A stretch of DNA of 64,000 bases from contig NC_090346.1 in NCBI RefSeq assembly GCF_035084215.1, forward strand, positions 4,898,001 through 4,962,000, read 5' to 3'. Below the pieces are notes generated by a model that saw only the letters and a program-made list of their open reading frames with translations, made no database searches and was not told the origin of the DNA. This document shows positions 1 to 11,706 of this stretch, piece after piece (the first letter of the stretch is position 1; each line of letters opens with the position of its first letter). The translations under genes and the position numbers were made by a program. The stretch comes from Heptranchias perlo (taxonomy: Eukaryota).

Positions 1-189
1 GTTTTAACCAATTGTTACATGTAGCAGAAAGATCATACTGCTACATGGGGAGATTAGAGAGCTATCTTTTTTTTAGGAACAGTGAGTGCATACTGAAGCT
101 GACAAAAGGCAAGGCTTCCTATATGAAGTCTGGCAAAACAATACATAATTTTACAGACTAGTAGCTGCTATTATTTAGGCTACGGTTTT

Positions 190-1660
190 TTTTTGTATTA
201 AGTTTCCTACTTCAAAAGTCTGCCAACTGAAGGACTAACTATACCTACTAATGTTAAGCTGCTTTGAAATCTTCCTGCTAATTTAGATATGGGAACTAAA
301 TATTCCTGGATAGGAAATTTTCAGGAGAGATACAGAAAGAAAAAGGGAGAAGGGTCGGCCTTGTTATTTAAGAGCATAATGGTGCTCAAATAAAGAGAAA
401 TGGAAAAAGGATAAGACTTTCATTTATATAGCACCTTTCATGACCTCAGGATGTCCCAAAGCACTTTGCAGACAATGAAGTACTTTTTTGAAGTGTAGTC
501 ACTGTTGTAATGTAGGGAATTGGGGCAGCTAATTTGCACACAGTAAAGTCCCACAAACAGCAATGAGATACATGACCAGATAATTAGTTTTAGTAATGCT
601 GGCTGAGGGATAAATATCAGGAGAACTCTCCTGCTCTTCTTCAAATAGTGCCATGGGATCTTTTACGTCCACTTGAGAAGACAGATGAGGCCTCAGTTTA
701 ACTTCTCATCTGAAAGATGGCACCTCTGACAGTGCAGCATTCCCTTAGTACCGCACCGGAATGTCAGCATAGATTATGTGCTCAAGTCTGCAGAGTGGAA
801 CTTGGAACCCACAATCTTCTGACTCGGAGGCGAGGGTGTTACCACTGAGCCAAGGCTGACATGATAGCTAAGATAGATTCTGTCTGATTTGAACTAAAAA
901 ATAAGAAACTGTTACCACATTGAAGACCACTAAATAGTGAGAAAGAGAATGAGATTTGTAGGTAACTTAGACAAGTAACAGAGTTAAAAGAATTGGTTTG
1001 TGGTCAAAATGGGGAGGGATTCTCAGTATGCATTTAGGACTGTACGTCCAACAAGGAAAGATGTAGTACTAGATTGGGTTCTAGTTAATGATGTAAGTGA
1101 TCTGAAGGTTGCAGAACGCTTCAGAAATACAGCCATATGAAACTAAATACAGAAAAAGAGGAGTTGAAGTTGAAAGTGTTGCACTAGAATGATCTAATTT
1201 TGGTTACATGAAACTGAACCTAGCCCAGGTTAACTGGTTGGAAAAAATGGTAGATCAAACTGCAGAGCAGCAGTGGGAGATATTTTAATATGTTCTGACT
1301 ATGAAGAAAGGGGTGTATCAAAGGTCAGTGTTCCATGTATAAATAACAAATGAGAGAAAATTAGGTTTAAAGAGGCATATGATAAACGCCTTTTTAAACC
1401 TAATTTTCTTCTGAAAATATCAAAAATATGAAGTATATGGGAAGCAAAAAAGATTAGAAAGGCTAAGAGGGAGTATAAAAGGGCTTAGGTCCAACATAAA
1501 TAGCGAGGGCTTTTTTAAAGCACTGAAGAAGTAGAAGGATAGTCAAAGAAGAGGTGGGACCACAGACACAAAGGGGGATGCAACTTGTATTTGAAAGTGA
1601 GGGAATGATAAAACTGCTTAATAAATATTTTGATTCAGTTTTCACAGAAGAATGTGAGAG
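190..1660 (+). mobile_element. Highly degraded CR1 LINE ORF2 fragment, interrupted by a SINE
   Basis: Remnants resembling WELNIPG..FRRD..KGxGxALL (about 288-370) and LNKYFxSVFT (about 1617-1647). Many stops and indels, so boundaries are approximate. Confidence 0.6.
413..860 (-). mobile_element. Near full-length tRNA-derived SINE (SacSINE1/DeuSINE-like)
   Basis: Reverse complement begins gtcagccTTGGCTCAGTGG (A box) ... GGGTTCCAAG (B-box-like) and ends aaaggtgctatataaatgaaagt, an L2-like tail. Family name is from recognition. Confidence 0.8.
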
Positions 1661-4600
1661 TAGTACCTGAGGAATAGAAAATAAGGTTTATTGGTCTTTT
1701 TGTATCAGGCTGCAGTTTGGTGCATTATGTGCAATAAAACCTAGAACTAAGTATAAACATGCTAGACATTTTTTACATTGTTTATAATTTAACTTTACCA
1801 TTCATGGAGACAATGCTGCTTTAATGTCTTCTGGTCTCAATTACTTGCAAAGAAATTCTTCAGTGCCAGTCCTAATTTGTTATCAGCGAATGAAATAAAT
1901 ACTAATCATTTGTCAACCTAGCAACTGAAAATTCTGCCACAGACCATTGATATGGTAAGAGTTATAATAAGACTTTTGACATAATAAATATGATAGCAAT
2001 GGTGATATTAATTTTCATTGGATTAACTGCTGTAATGAAAGATGTTGTAATATGAGGTTACTTGACACAAAATATTACTCAACCAGTATAAATATTTGCC
2101 ACACTGATGATTTTAGGGCTGTAACCTTCACCTGAGCAAGATCAAAAAATCTTGTCATTGCTGTTATACTTTAATTATTATTGATTTACGTCCTAGGTAC
2201 AATGAAGATGGATGGATAATGGTCCTTTGGTGTACTACAATAAAATGGTCCAATACTAATTTTCCTGGGAAGTTGAATGACACTACTGCAATAAACAAAT
2301 CAACTGAAGATTATTTCTTACTATTTAAACAACAAACAAAGGATTAACCTACATTAAACAAAGATACATAGAAGGATTAGTAAAGGAAAAACAAAGATAA
2401 GATAAGCAATGTGTAATGGGCCAAGTGTAATCTCGACCAATATTGCACAAGATCAGTAATAGTCAAACTCTTTGAAAACTGTATAGCAGAATTATTTACA
2501 CAAAATTATAAATTTAACAAGATTACAATTAATACAGAAACTGAGGATATAGTCCTTTGTATTCAATGTTTAGAACAAGATTTTACAGAAAATCATACAT
2601 CCAGAAGTTATAGAAATAATATGTATTCTAAAAGGAAGCCTCAATACTCAAAGGGCTCAACATGTCCACTTTTTGAATATCTTTTATAATAAATTCTGGG
2701 TATAGCACTGGATACTGGACATTTTTCATAATTATTTTTACTAATCAGAATATTTTACTTTATGTATATGCACACTAACCATACATGAATGACCTGGTGC
2801 ATAATTAAAATCATTTTAATAATCCCACTTAATTGTATTTTTCTAATTGTCGCTTTTTTCTACTTCCTATCTTGAAAGTGGTAACTCATGGGGTAAAGTT
2901 CCAGAGGCAGTAGCAGCCCTCCACTACTTCTCCAAATGCCCGTTCTTCCTGTGTGAGCTGAGAGGGGGAATACGGGCAGGCTATTTGACTGTGGGGAGAA
3001 TCACAGCTGAGCCCCTTCCTGTTATGACCCAAAGCCTATACATTTGCAAAGACAAACGCATTATCTCATCATGGACTTCATCAAACATAAATGCTCATTT
3101 GATTTTTTTAACAATCCATCATTGTTTTATTATATTTATGTACTAACACAAATAACTACAATAAAATACTACTCTATATTTTTCTTTTTTAACTTTGATT
3201 TATTTTGTCCCTCACCTTTCTCCCCAGGTTAATGGACCATTCCTGACCAAGAGCGTGAGCAGGTAATAAGTTGCTATGCCTCTGCCACTCTTATCTGCAG
3301 CTGGGAAATGTGAGACATTTGTTGGGGATGATATTCTACCCTCCCCATGGAACCATCTAGGTCTCTGCTCAGCACCTGGCCCTGATGAATTGGAGGATAT
3401 CAGAAACTAAGTGAGAAGCATGAGTGTGAGCTCACGTTCTATGGCTCTGGAGTAATGTATTTGAGATCCAAAATGTCCCATACTGTCACCTATATTTATA
3501 TTCCAACTGCTATACACTTTTTTTTAATTCAATCAAATTCATACTTGTTCAACATTTTGTGAATATAACACACATAATGCAATTAAACTTTCAGCAGCAC
3601 TTCTCTAAAATAAGTTAATGAGATACCCTGCTAAGTTATATTTCGTACTGAAGAAATAAAAAGTGGGTAATTGGTGGTGCTGAGAGTTTATACAATGTCT
3701 TTCTATCTCCAAGACTAATGGGTTGAAAGTTTTCTCCTTCTGCAGTCCATAAGGATCTTGTGTGAAATAACTTTGGACAATTTCAATCCCACCTTGTGTG
3801 TAATAGTTTACAGCTGTACAGGACATCATTTTTTTTAAACTTAGGAAGTATTCATTAAAATAATGAGTTCCTGATGATAAATTCAGTTTAGTTTCAAAGT
3901 TTTAAAATTTCAAAATAAAATACACTTATATTTTATTTATGGATCAATTGATCACGTCTGTCCTAATCAAATGGGAGAAAGCAAAACTTGGGCACATGTT
4001 AAGAGAGCTGACTGACAAGAGGCCGTTTTGGGTGTCGTGCCGGGTGTATCTTCTACATAGAAATACATTGAGTCACCTCAATCAGCTTCTGATGCACGAG
4101 ACTTAATGTAAAGTTAGGCTTTTTATTACTTTAGGTCAGGACAAGCACAATCAATCTATCCATAAGTAATAAATTATTTTAAAATCTTTAAACCTTTAAC
4201 TAGTTAGACACATAACACAATGCATGATGACCATTTGTAACCTAACATGATATATAAATGTCGACAGGTGCCACTGAAGAATTCCCTAATTACTTTGGCA
4301 AACCATTTTAGCTTGACCTCTGGTCAGATACCCTTGACCTTTTAACAAGTAGCAAAAGGTGACCAGTTAATTTGTCCATTAATGTCGCTATATGTCAGAA
4401 CTGCACTGACCGATTACTTTTCTTAGCCCCAGAAATTCCTTACACAACTGTGTCTCAAGAGGCAGCACAACAAATAGAGGGGATTTTCCAACTTTAGGCA
4501 GAGATCCTTGCCCAGGGTGAGCACATCTCAGAAATTTGGGTACACACAAGTTTAATTGAATGGGTGGAAAATTATGCTGTGCCCCCAAATTTCCAATATG

Positions 4601-4920
4601 CACCACGGTGGGGAGGGTGAAGTCAGAAAATTACTTCTGAAGCGATTTTTGAAAATGTGTGTCTTTTCTTAAGGTACAGAAGACTATTGTGCTATATAAC
4701 CTTCTGCTGTATTGTTGGGTGTAATTCTTAATATCTGGCTGTGCAACTTTCTGTGTGTCAATCAGCAATGCTGTTTGCTTTTTAATTGTGAAAAAGGACT
4801 GGATAATCAGCCTAATTATATGTTCTTTAACAATCAGAAAATACATGAGAGATAAGAACATAAAAATAAAAGGAAAGGACAAGAAATGGTCATATAGCCT
4901 AACAAGCTCGTCCCCCTAGC

Positions 4921-4971
4921 ATTTCAACAGATCCAGTCAAGTATTTCAACAGATCCAGTCAAGTATTCAAC
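4921..4971. repeat. 22-bp tandem duplication (atttcaacagatccagtcaagt x2 plus partial copy)
   Basis: Directly visible in the sequence. Confidence 0.9.
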
Positions 4972-5459
4972 TGCATCTTTTACTCCTCTAATGACTTTTA
5001 CTTCGCTGCTTTATCTAGTACAACTGTCCAAACTGTGGCCTATGTTTCACATGCAGCCCCTGAGTCCTGGCAGTCCAGCCCAAGAAGCCCAGGCACTCAG
5101 TTTGATTTGTGCTTATTGCTTATTTACCATTTTGTCCTATTGGGATTTTGTTGATTGGAAGATTTGGAAAGGGCTGTTTTTAGCACTGTTGGTGTATTGG
5201 TGGATAAATCCTAAATCAGAACACCAAGATCTGTTCGTATCAGCAGCTTGAGATATGTGGCGATTAATTAAAACATAGAACTAAACATTGCACTTAGCCT
5301 CGAGGCTCGATGGTATGCATTTTTACGGCTGACAAAGACAAAAATTGGAATATTCTACCACATGGCGTCCAAAATGTTTATCACCCTTTAAATAAAACAC
5401 ATTTTCTAAGATGTTTTAAATTTACTTTTCACTAAATAAAGCTTAGGTTCCTTTGTTCC

Positions 5460-5594
5460 CTACAAAAGTGACTACACATCAAAGAAAGTATTTTATTAGC
5501 TGTGAAATGCTTTGAGACTTCCTGAGGTTGTGAAAGATGCTATATAGTTCATTCTTTCTTTCTACTACTATAGTTCATTCTTTCTTTCTACTAC
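5460..5594 (+). mobile_element. SINE 3' tail fragment ending in a 26-bp tandem duplication (5543-5594)
   Basis: gtgactacac...cctgaggttgtgaaagatgctatata resembles the tail of the 413-860 SINE. tatagttcattctttctttctactac occurs twice. Confidence 0.7.
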
Positions 5595-5709
5595 TAGCCT
5601 GACTGACAAAGTAATATTCTGGGTTCACTTCATCTATGTAATTTAATACTTTGTAAACCTCAGTGAGGTCACCCATTAACCTTGTCTCTAGACTATTGTG
5701 TTTAAGCTC

Positions 5710-6038
5710 TAACCCTATTAGCATATCCTTCTATTTCTTTCTCCCTCACGTACTTGTCTAGCTTCTCCTGAATTCCCTATTGGATTTATTAGTGACTAAC
5801 TTATAAATATGGCCCCTAGTTCTGGTCTCCCCTGCAAGTGGAAACATCTCTACGTCTACCCTATCAAACCCTTTCATGATCTTAAAAGGCCTCTATCAGG
5901 TCACCCCTCAGTCTGCTCTTTTCTAGAAAAAAAAGCCCCAGTCTGTTCAATCTTTCCTGACAGCTATAACCTCTCAGATAAGGTATCATTCTTGTGAATC
6001 TTTTTTGCACCTTCTCCAGTACCTCTATATTCTTTTTA
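5710..6038 (-). mobile_element. CR1 LINE 3' fragment with internal deletion
   Basis: Colinear with the copy at 60370-60790 (ctgaattccctattggattt, tatcaggtcacccctcag, ttttgcaccttctcca). Confidence 0.8.
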
Positions 6039-6499
6039 GGAACTGAAATGCTAAGTTATAAGGATAGGGTGGTAGAATTGGAATATAGGATAGGAAAACG
6101 GTCATTACTTAACTACAGTAAGAAAAACAAATAAGGTACTGGGTCTCAGTTGCCTATTTTCAGGGCTGAAAAGCCCAAGTTTCTCCAGTCTTTTCTAATA
6201 ACTTGGATTCTGGGGATCAGTCTTGTGGCTCTTCACTTGCACCATCTCCAGGGCCCAAGTCTCTCTCATCTTGATGACCATTGTGCTGAAGCTGTAATCT
6301 AGCCAGAGCATTGTACAGTTTAAGCATGACTTCCTCTGACCTGTACAATATTGTTAAACATTTCAAAAGGGAATTGGGAATATATACTTGAAAGGGTGAT
6401 TGCAGGGCTATGGAGAAAGAGCAGGAGAGTGGGACTAATTGAATAGCTCTTTCAAAGAACGGACACAAACACAAACACTATCCCATCCCCATCCCCAGG

Positions 6500-6950
6500 A
6501 CTCACCCCTCACTGCTCATCATGGGCTTCCGGTGACGTGAAGCCAGGTTAAACTGCCGATTCCTCACGTGACCCTAAGTGTGAAACCGGACGGACGGACG
6601 GGATTAAGGTACGGGTTACCCTCTTTATGGCCGAGAGAAGGGGAGGGAGGAATTCCCCAACATTGATGGAATGCGATAATAAGTGACTCTGACCCAACGA
6701 TTTATTTATCAGCCGCCCGCGGTTCCGAAACAGCGAACCCCGCTTCCCCGCGCGCGCGATTAGACTGAGCTCTGGGGCTCGCGCCTCTTTCAAACCGCCA
6801 CCCGCCGGTCTCTAACGGATCACGCACGCGCCCTTCGGGTTAACAAGGTGGAGCCGACCCAGCTTCGTCCTCCTGGCCGCCCAAAGGCAGAGGTTCGAAG
6901 TTCCATACCCCTACCCCCCCTACATCGTGGTTCGGCAAGCAGACGCAAAA
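6500..6950 (+). promoter_or_regulatory. CpG-rich island, probable MEIOB promoter and non-coding first exon
   Basis: Local GC/CpG enrichment (e.g. ccccgcgcgcgcg at about 6746-6758) in otherwise AT-rich DNA, about 2 kb upstream of the first coding exon. That exon begins with a splice acceptor, so an upstream exon is required. Contains TCACGTGA (6564-6571), TTTCAAA (6788-6794) and TAACGG (6813-6818). Confidence 0.7.
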
Positions 6951-8859
6951 TGCAGAGAACACTATCATCCCATGCAGCCGAGGTCACCCAAAAATCAGGG
7001 AGGATAGTGCAGTTGACAGACAGTAAACACAAGGCTCTTGCATACTACAGCATCCATTATATCCTGAACGTCGTACGCTATTAGATTTAAAACCTCTCCC
7101 CCTGTTTCTACATCAGGAGCATACAAGACAAGGTATTATAGACTACAGCACTCAAAAAGCATACCCTTCCTTATCACCCAAAACTTGGGGGAAAACCCTA
7201 CATTAGCTACCAGACAGCATTCATCCCTAGAGCATAGATTACCCTTTTCAGTAATAACTTGGAACTTTAGTTTAGTATCAAATTGTAATGATGAACATGA
7301 CTGGCAAATACAGTCAGCAGGGCAATGGTGTTGTCAGGTAATTTATCACTGCTTTCCTCCATGTACAAATGTGGTAAACTGCCTTGCTACAAAGCAAGGT
7401 GGCTTCATTTGAACGGAAGTATTTCCTTAACTCAAAAGTGGCACTAGTGCCCATTCTCCACCTGCAGAAGTACAACAGGTGTCCACTAGATTCAGTTAAC
7501 CTTAAATGGAGTCCCTGACCACTTCAGAGTAAGCACAATAAATGTTTTGTTCTTGGCACTTCTTGACTGTCTGCCTAGCAGTGGCATTCTATGTTAAGTG
7601 GTAAAAATATTCTATCGCTACCATATTGTCTCTCTTCATCCAGGCTATCAGATTTGCAGACTTTCTCAGCCTCTTGGTTTCATATTGTTTCCACTTATGA
7701 AGGAGAATAGAACTGCTTTCTGGAATGGGTGAAAGAGGGGACATGCTGTCTTATCCTAGCTTGCCTGACCTTGATGGCCTGGTTTTAACATAGCTAGTGT
7801 CAACTTGTGTGTATATCTTTGTTGTAAATATAATAGAAATGATAAATAGCTAAATCTTCCTAAATGGTTTGTTGCTGCTAATGTAGGCATTCATCTGAAT
7901 GGCCTCTCTCTAGTAGTTTACTCATATATAACTGGGTAAAAGATGGTCCATGTTTAAGAGCAGCCCATCTTTAAAAAAAAATCCACAACCTGTACATATG
8001 ATGAGGCCCAGCAATACGACAGGAGGTTGTACTCATGAGGTTGAATTTGATGCCTGAATTTGCTTGAACTCTTGGCAGGACCAAATTGCAGTCCTTTTAA
8101 AATTAATACTTTTTGTTTTGTTTAGCATTCTCAGATTTTCCATATTAAAATTGCAACCTTTTTATCAAAACCCTAGAAGTAGCTTTGAAATATGGTAATT
8201 TTTTATATGCTGGCCTTGGTTCCTTTTGGCCATATTAAAGAATTTAGTCATTAGCTGCTAACAGAAGTAATTAATTGATATGACCAATGTTTAAATTATT
8301 TCATCCTGGTGTTAACTGGCTAGGAAGAACAACAAAGAGATCTGAGTTATTGTGGCCCATTTTATTACACTGAAACTTTAGATGACTTCAAATCCTATCA
8401 ATCCTACACGATGTGGTTGCCATACCTTAAAACACAAGATAAATTTGGACATCTCATGAACCTGTCTTTTGGGAGTGGATTTTATTTGCAGTTTCCATTT
8501 GGACACAGTAAATGGAAAACAATTCTGTTTTTCTGTGGATGTTGTGGGAGGGTGAGTTTTCTCTCTGTATGGAGGCGATCTAACAGTTAGAAGAAAGCTG
8601 CCCTACTCATTAACTTCATACTCCCAATGAAGAACTGATCAAATCCAACTTTACTTGATCTTTACAAGAGGAAAAATATGAATTGGGTATACTACATAAT
8701 CAGCGCTGACAAGATCCACAAAAAGTTTGCAGTTGTGCTTCCATATTTGAAACTGGCCCATAGGAGAAAACATATGGGAAGGACTTAATTAACTGAATTA
8801 GAATTTTTGAAAATGTGTGACATCTGAATTTATTTATTTTTAAATTGCAGAATAAAACG

Positions 8860-8931
8860 ATGATGGCTTTCAGTGCCTCTGGCCAGAACTTGGTTCCCAT
8901 TTCTGATCTTCATCCAAACTCAGCACGTCCT
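8860..8931 (+). CDS. MEIOB: MEIOB coding exon 1 (MMAFSASGQNLVPISDLHPNSARP)
   Basis: Acceptor ttgcAG at 8849-8850, tandem ATGs at 8860 and 8863, donor GTAGGT at 8932. Resembles the SDL-x-x-N motif at the MEIOB N-terminus. Confidence 0.85.
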
Positions 8932-9378
8932 GTAGGTGCAAATAGCGTAACAGGCTTGTAATATTTCAAAAGTCTATTCTGTTCAAAAAAGCTATTAGAT
9001 GAAGTCAGATCTTAAATATTTGCTTAATGTGATTTATTTATCAGCTATGCAGATATTTGTCACTTTTTAGGTATTGCATTTTCTTTTTTAAGTTTGACCC
9101 AATTCTGTCCCCATTTATAGTCCTTTGCCTCCATTACAGGAGGGAGCTGTAGAATTTTACAGCTTTAGATGGCTTTTATTTGTGGATTGTTCATCAAGAA
9201 CTGTGAACAGAAATGGAATAGATGAAATAAACTGCCATTTTTCTCCATGATGTGACACTCTTTGCCAGTCCCCCTCCCCCTCCCCTCCCCTCCCATAGTC
9301 CAGCTGGGACCTGTAGAAATAAATTTGCAGGTTGCAGTTTCAGCTTGTAGAAAACAATGAGTTACTTTTTTGCCTTAT

Positions 9379-9502
9379 ATTCCTATGTTTACATTTATAA
9401 TGGCAACTGGCTTTGTATACTTACCTCCACTGGAAGGATGGTGTAATTACAGCATGATAAGTTTACACAGGCAGTTTCCATTATAAACGTGGATATAGGA
9501 AT
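9379..9502. repeat. Fold-back (inverted repeat) element, copy 1
   Basis: Arms of about 45 bp (9379-9423 and 9458-9502) around the core ataatggcaactg / cagtttccattat. A second copy is at 51030-51200. Confidence 0.7.
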
Positions 9503-10352
9503 TTCTAATGGGAAAAGTTGACAGGAAATGCATGCAAACAATTTCACTTTGGGAAATTTGCGGAAAACTGGCAGATTCAGATCAGCGGCCCGTTATACAC
9601 CCTGCCTAATTTTCCTTTCCGATGACTTGGATAGCCGATCCGCAAGCACCAGTTTTCCACCTGCACCCAAAGTGAAAATTACCCCCAAGATTTTTAGCGT
9701 ATTATACAAATAAATCTGCTTCTATTCTAGCATTTAGGAGTGCAGATATACACCATCAGTCTAAGACTGGTAGCTGTAGAGTGTTATGTATAGCCAGCAA
9801 GACCAGAGTTATACTGTGGGTTGTGACTCACACTCTTTGCCAGGAGAGTGCTCTGTGCATCTGTATGAAGACGTATGGCCTCAACCCTGCTTCCTCAGCA
9901 GTTATTTTTAAATGTTTGGAGAGCGGGCAGCAATGCCTTCTTGCTCATAATATTAAAAAGACTCAATACTAAATTCATGAAGTATCCAGGAGACTCAATG
10001 GACCATGTTTCATAATGGTTTGGACTTATGTCCCGCCCGGTGTTAAAGCCAAACAATACAAGATGGCCTTCCAAAGTGGGGCTTAGCACTGCTTAGCTTT
10101 AGTGCACTCGGGAGTCAGATGAGAATCTGAATCAAGTTATGTTGTCAGTTGCTCACCCTAAACTGCCTTGCCTTGGCACGGAAGTGACCGTATAACTGCA
10201 GCCTGCAATTAATAAATTGGTGTCAGTAAACCCACTATTCCCCTTAACATAGTGCACCACTATTCCATATAGTGATTTAACTAACAATGTTCTAATCTCA
10301 AACACTTGCTATTTCTAGTATTATTTTCAATGTGTTGTTGTATGTATTTCAG

Positions 10353-10410
10353 AGTGTAGCTGGAGTAGTGATAGGAAAAATTGATGCTAAAGGATTTGCT
10401 GACCGAAAAA
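10353..10410 (+). CDS. MEIOB: MEIOB coding exon 2 (SVAGVVIGKIDAKGFADRK)
   Basis: Acceptor tttcAG at 10351-10352, 58 nt, phase-1 donor GTTGAG at 10411. Matches human VIGIVIGKTDVKGFPDRK. Confidence 0.9.
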
Positions 10411-11448
10411 GTTGAGTATTCTCGTTACTACTTGTGTTCTTTTTTAAGAAGATTGTATATAATCACTTTTTGGTCAATGGACAACTTTATGGTATTTGTA
10501 GTAGAATTATGGATGCTAAGTTTAATAGGGATTCAATGTTATATGTACAAGTACCATCTATGATTCTGAAGCTGAGAATCTGTTCAGACTCCTGTGCCCA
10601 ATTTTCTAGAGCCTGATACTGAATTCACTTACTGAGTGAAAGTGAAAAAATATTGCTGTGATGGTAATTTATTAAATACCATATCTTTCTTTGTAAATAA
10701 CATATGATGTCCTTGTAAAATATAATGGCACAAAATGAATCTTAGCCCTGACCTTTATGTTTGTTAAACTGACAGGCTGTTTAATTTGGACAGCTTTGAA
10801 CCTTTATATAGTATTTAATTGGAATGTCTGTTGATACATGACATATTGCTAGATCTAACATTGGTATCCTCATTATGTCTGCGTTTGGAATTTTTTTTTA
10901 AATCTTGCTTTTTTAATGATCCGCTTGTAATTTTAGTTTCAAAATAGCGCTGAATGCAGCAATTATGGAAGGTGGCTCCATTGGAGGTAAATAAGAATTC
11001 CCTTTGTGTATTTCAGGCAAAATTGATTCACATACACTCTCCCTTTTTGAATTATTGTTCAAGGGAAGGGTATGTATTGTGCTGCCCCCACTGTTTTCAG
11101 TTGACCGTTGGCCTGCTCTGGGGCTGGATTTGGTGGTGCTGGGCTTCTGGGGGTTTCTGTATTTCTCAATAAAGGGAGTTGGGGCCTGGCCGAGTGCTAA
11201 TCTGACGACATCTCCTCATCCTCTTCCACTGTTACTGCTTGTCTATTTTCTCTTGTTTTTTATCCTCTAACAGACATGATGTCCCCTTTTCTCCAAATAT
11301 TTATTCTTTCTTGCTCCCCTTGAAATTATATTGAACTATTTCCATAGTGCTGCTTCCATGATTTTCTGTCGTGCCCCAAACCATCCTACTAATATGGCTC
11401 TTCTTGACTTGGTCATTTTTGAGACTCATGCTACAACAGCTCTTGTTT

Positions 11449-11706
11449 TGTCAGCTTGGCTCAGTTGGTAGCACTCTATCCTCTGATTCAGATGGTGGTG
11501 GGTTCATCTTCCATTGCAGGACTCGAGCACATAATCTAGGGTGTCATTGCAGCGGAATACTGAGGGAGTGCTGCATTATCTGAGGTGCCATCCTTTGGAT
11601 GAGATATTATACCTATCTGTCTATTCCAGCGTTTCAAGTGAACTTTAAAGATTCTATGACATGTGAAAAAGAGTAGGAAGTTTGCTCAACATGTCTTGGC
11701 AATGTT
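11449..11706 (+). mobile_element. tRNA-derived SINE 5' portion, same family as 413-860
   Basis: gtcagcttggctcagttggtagcact head followed by gagcacataatctagg...tactgagggagtgctgca. Ends where the LINE begins. Confidence 0.75.

Noticed and set aside
790-860. tRNA gene
   Set aside because: The A and B boxes are the head of a SINE continuous with its body, and I could not form a full cloverleaf.
2860-3080. Possible ancient SINE-like or conserved non-coding element (similar-looking patches near 17870-17990 and 62040-62190)
   Set aside because: The similarity is only an impression and cannot be supported without alignment to a repeat library.
4921-5594. Short direct repeats as a CRISPR-like array
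   Set aside because: Simple adjacent tandem duplications with no spacers, in a vertebrate genome.
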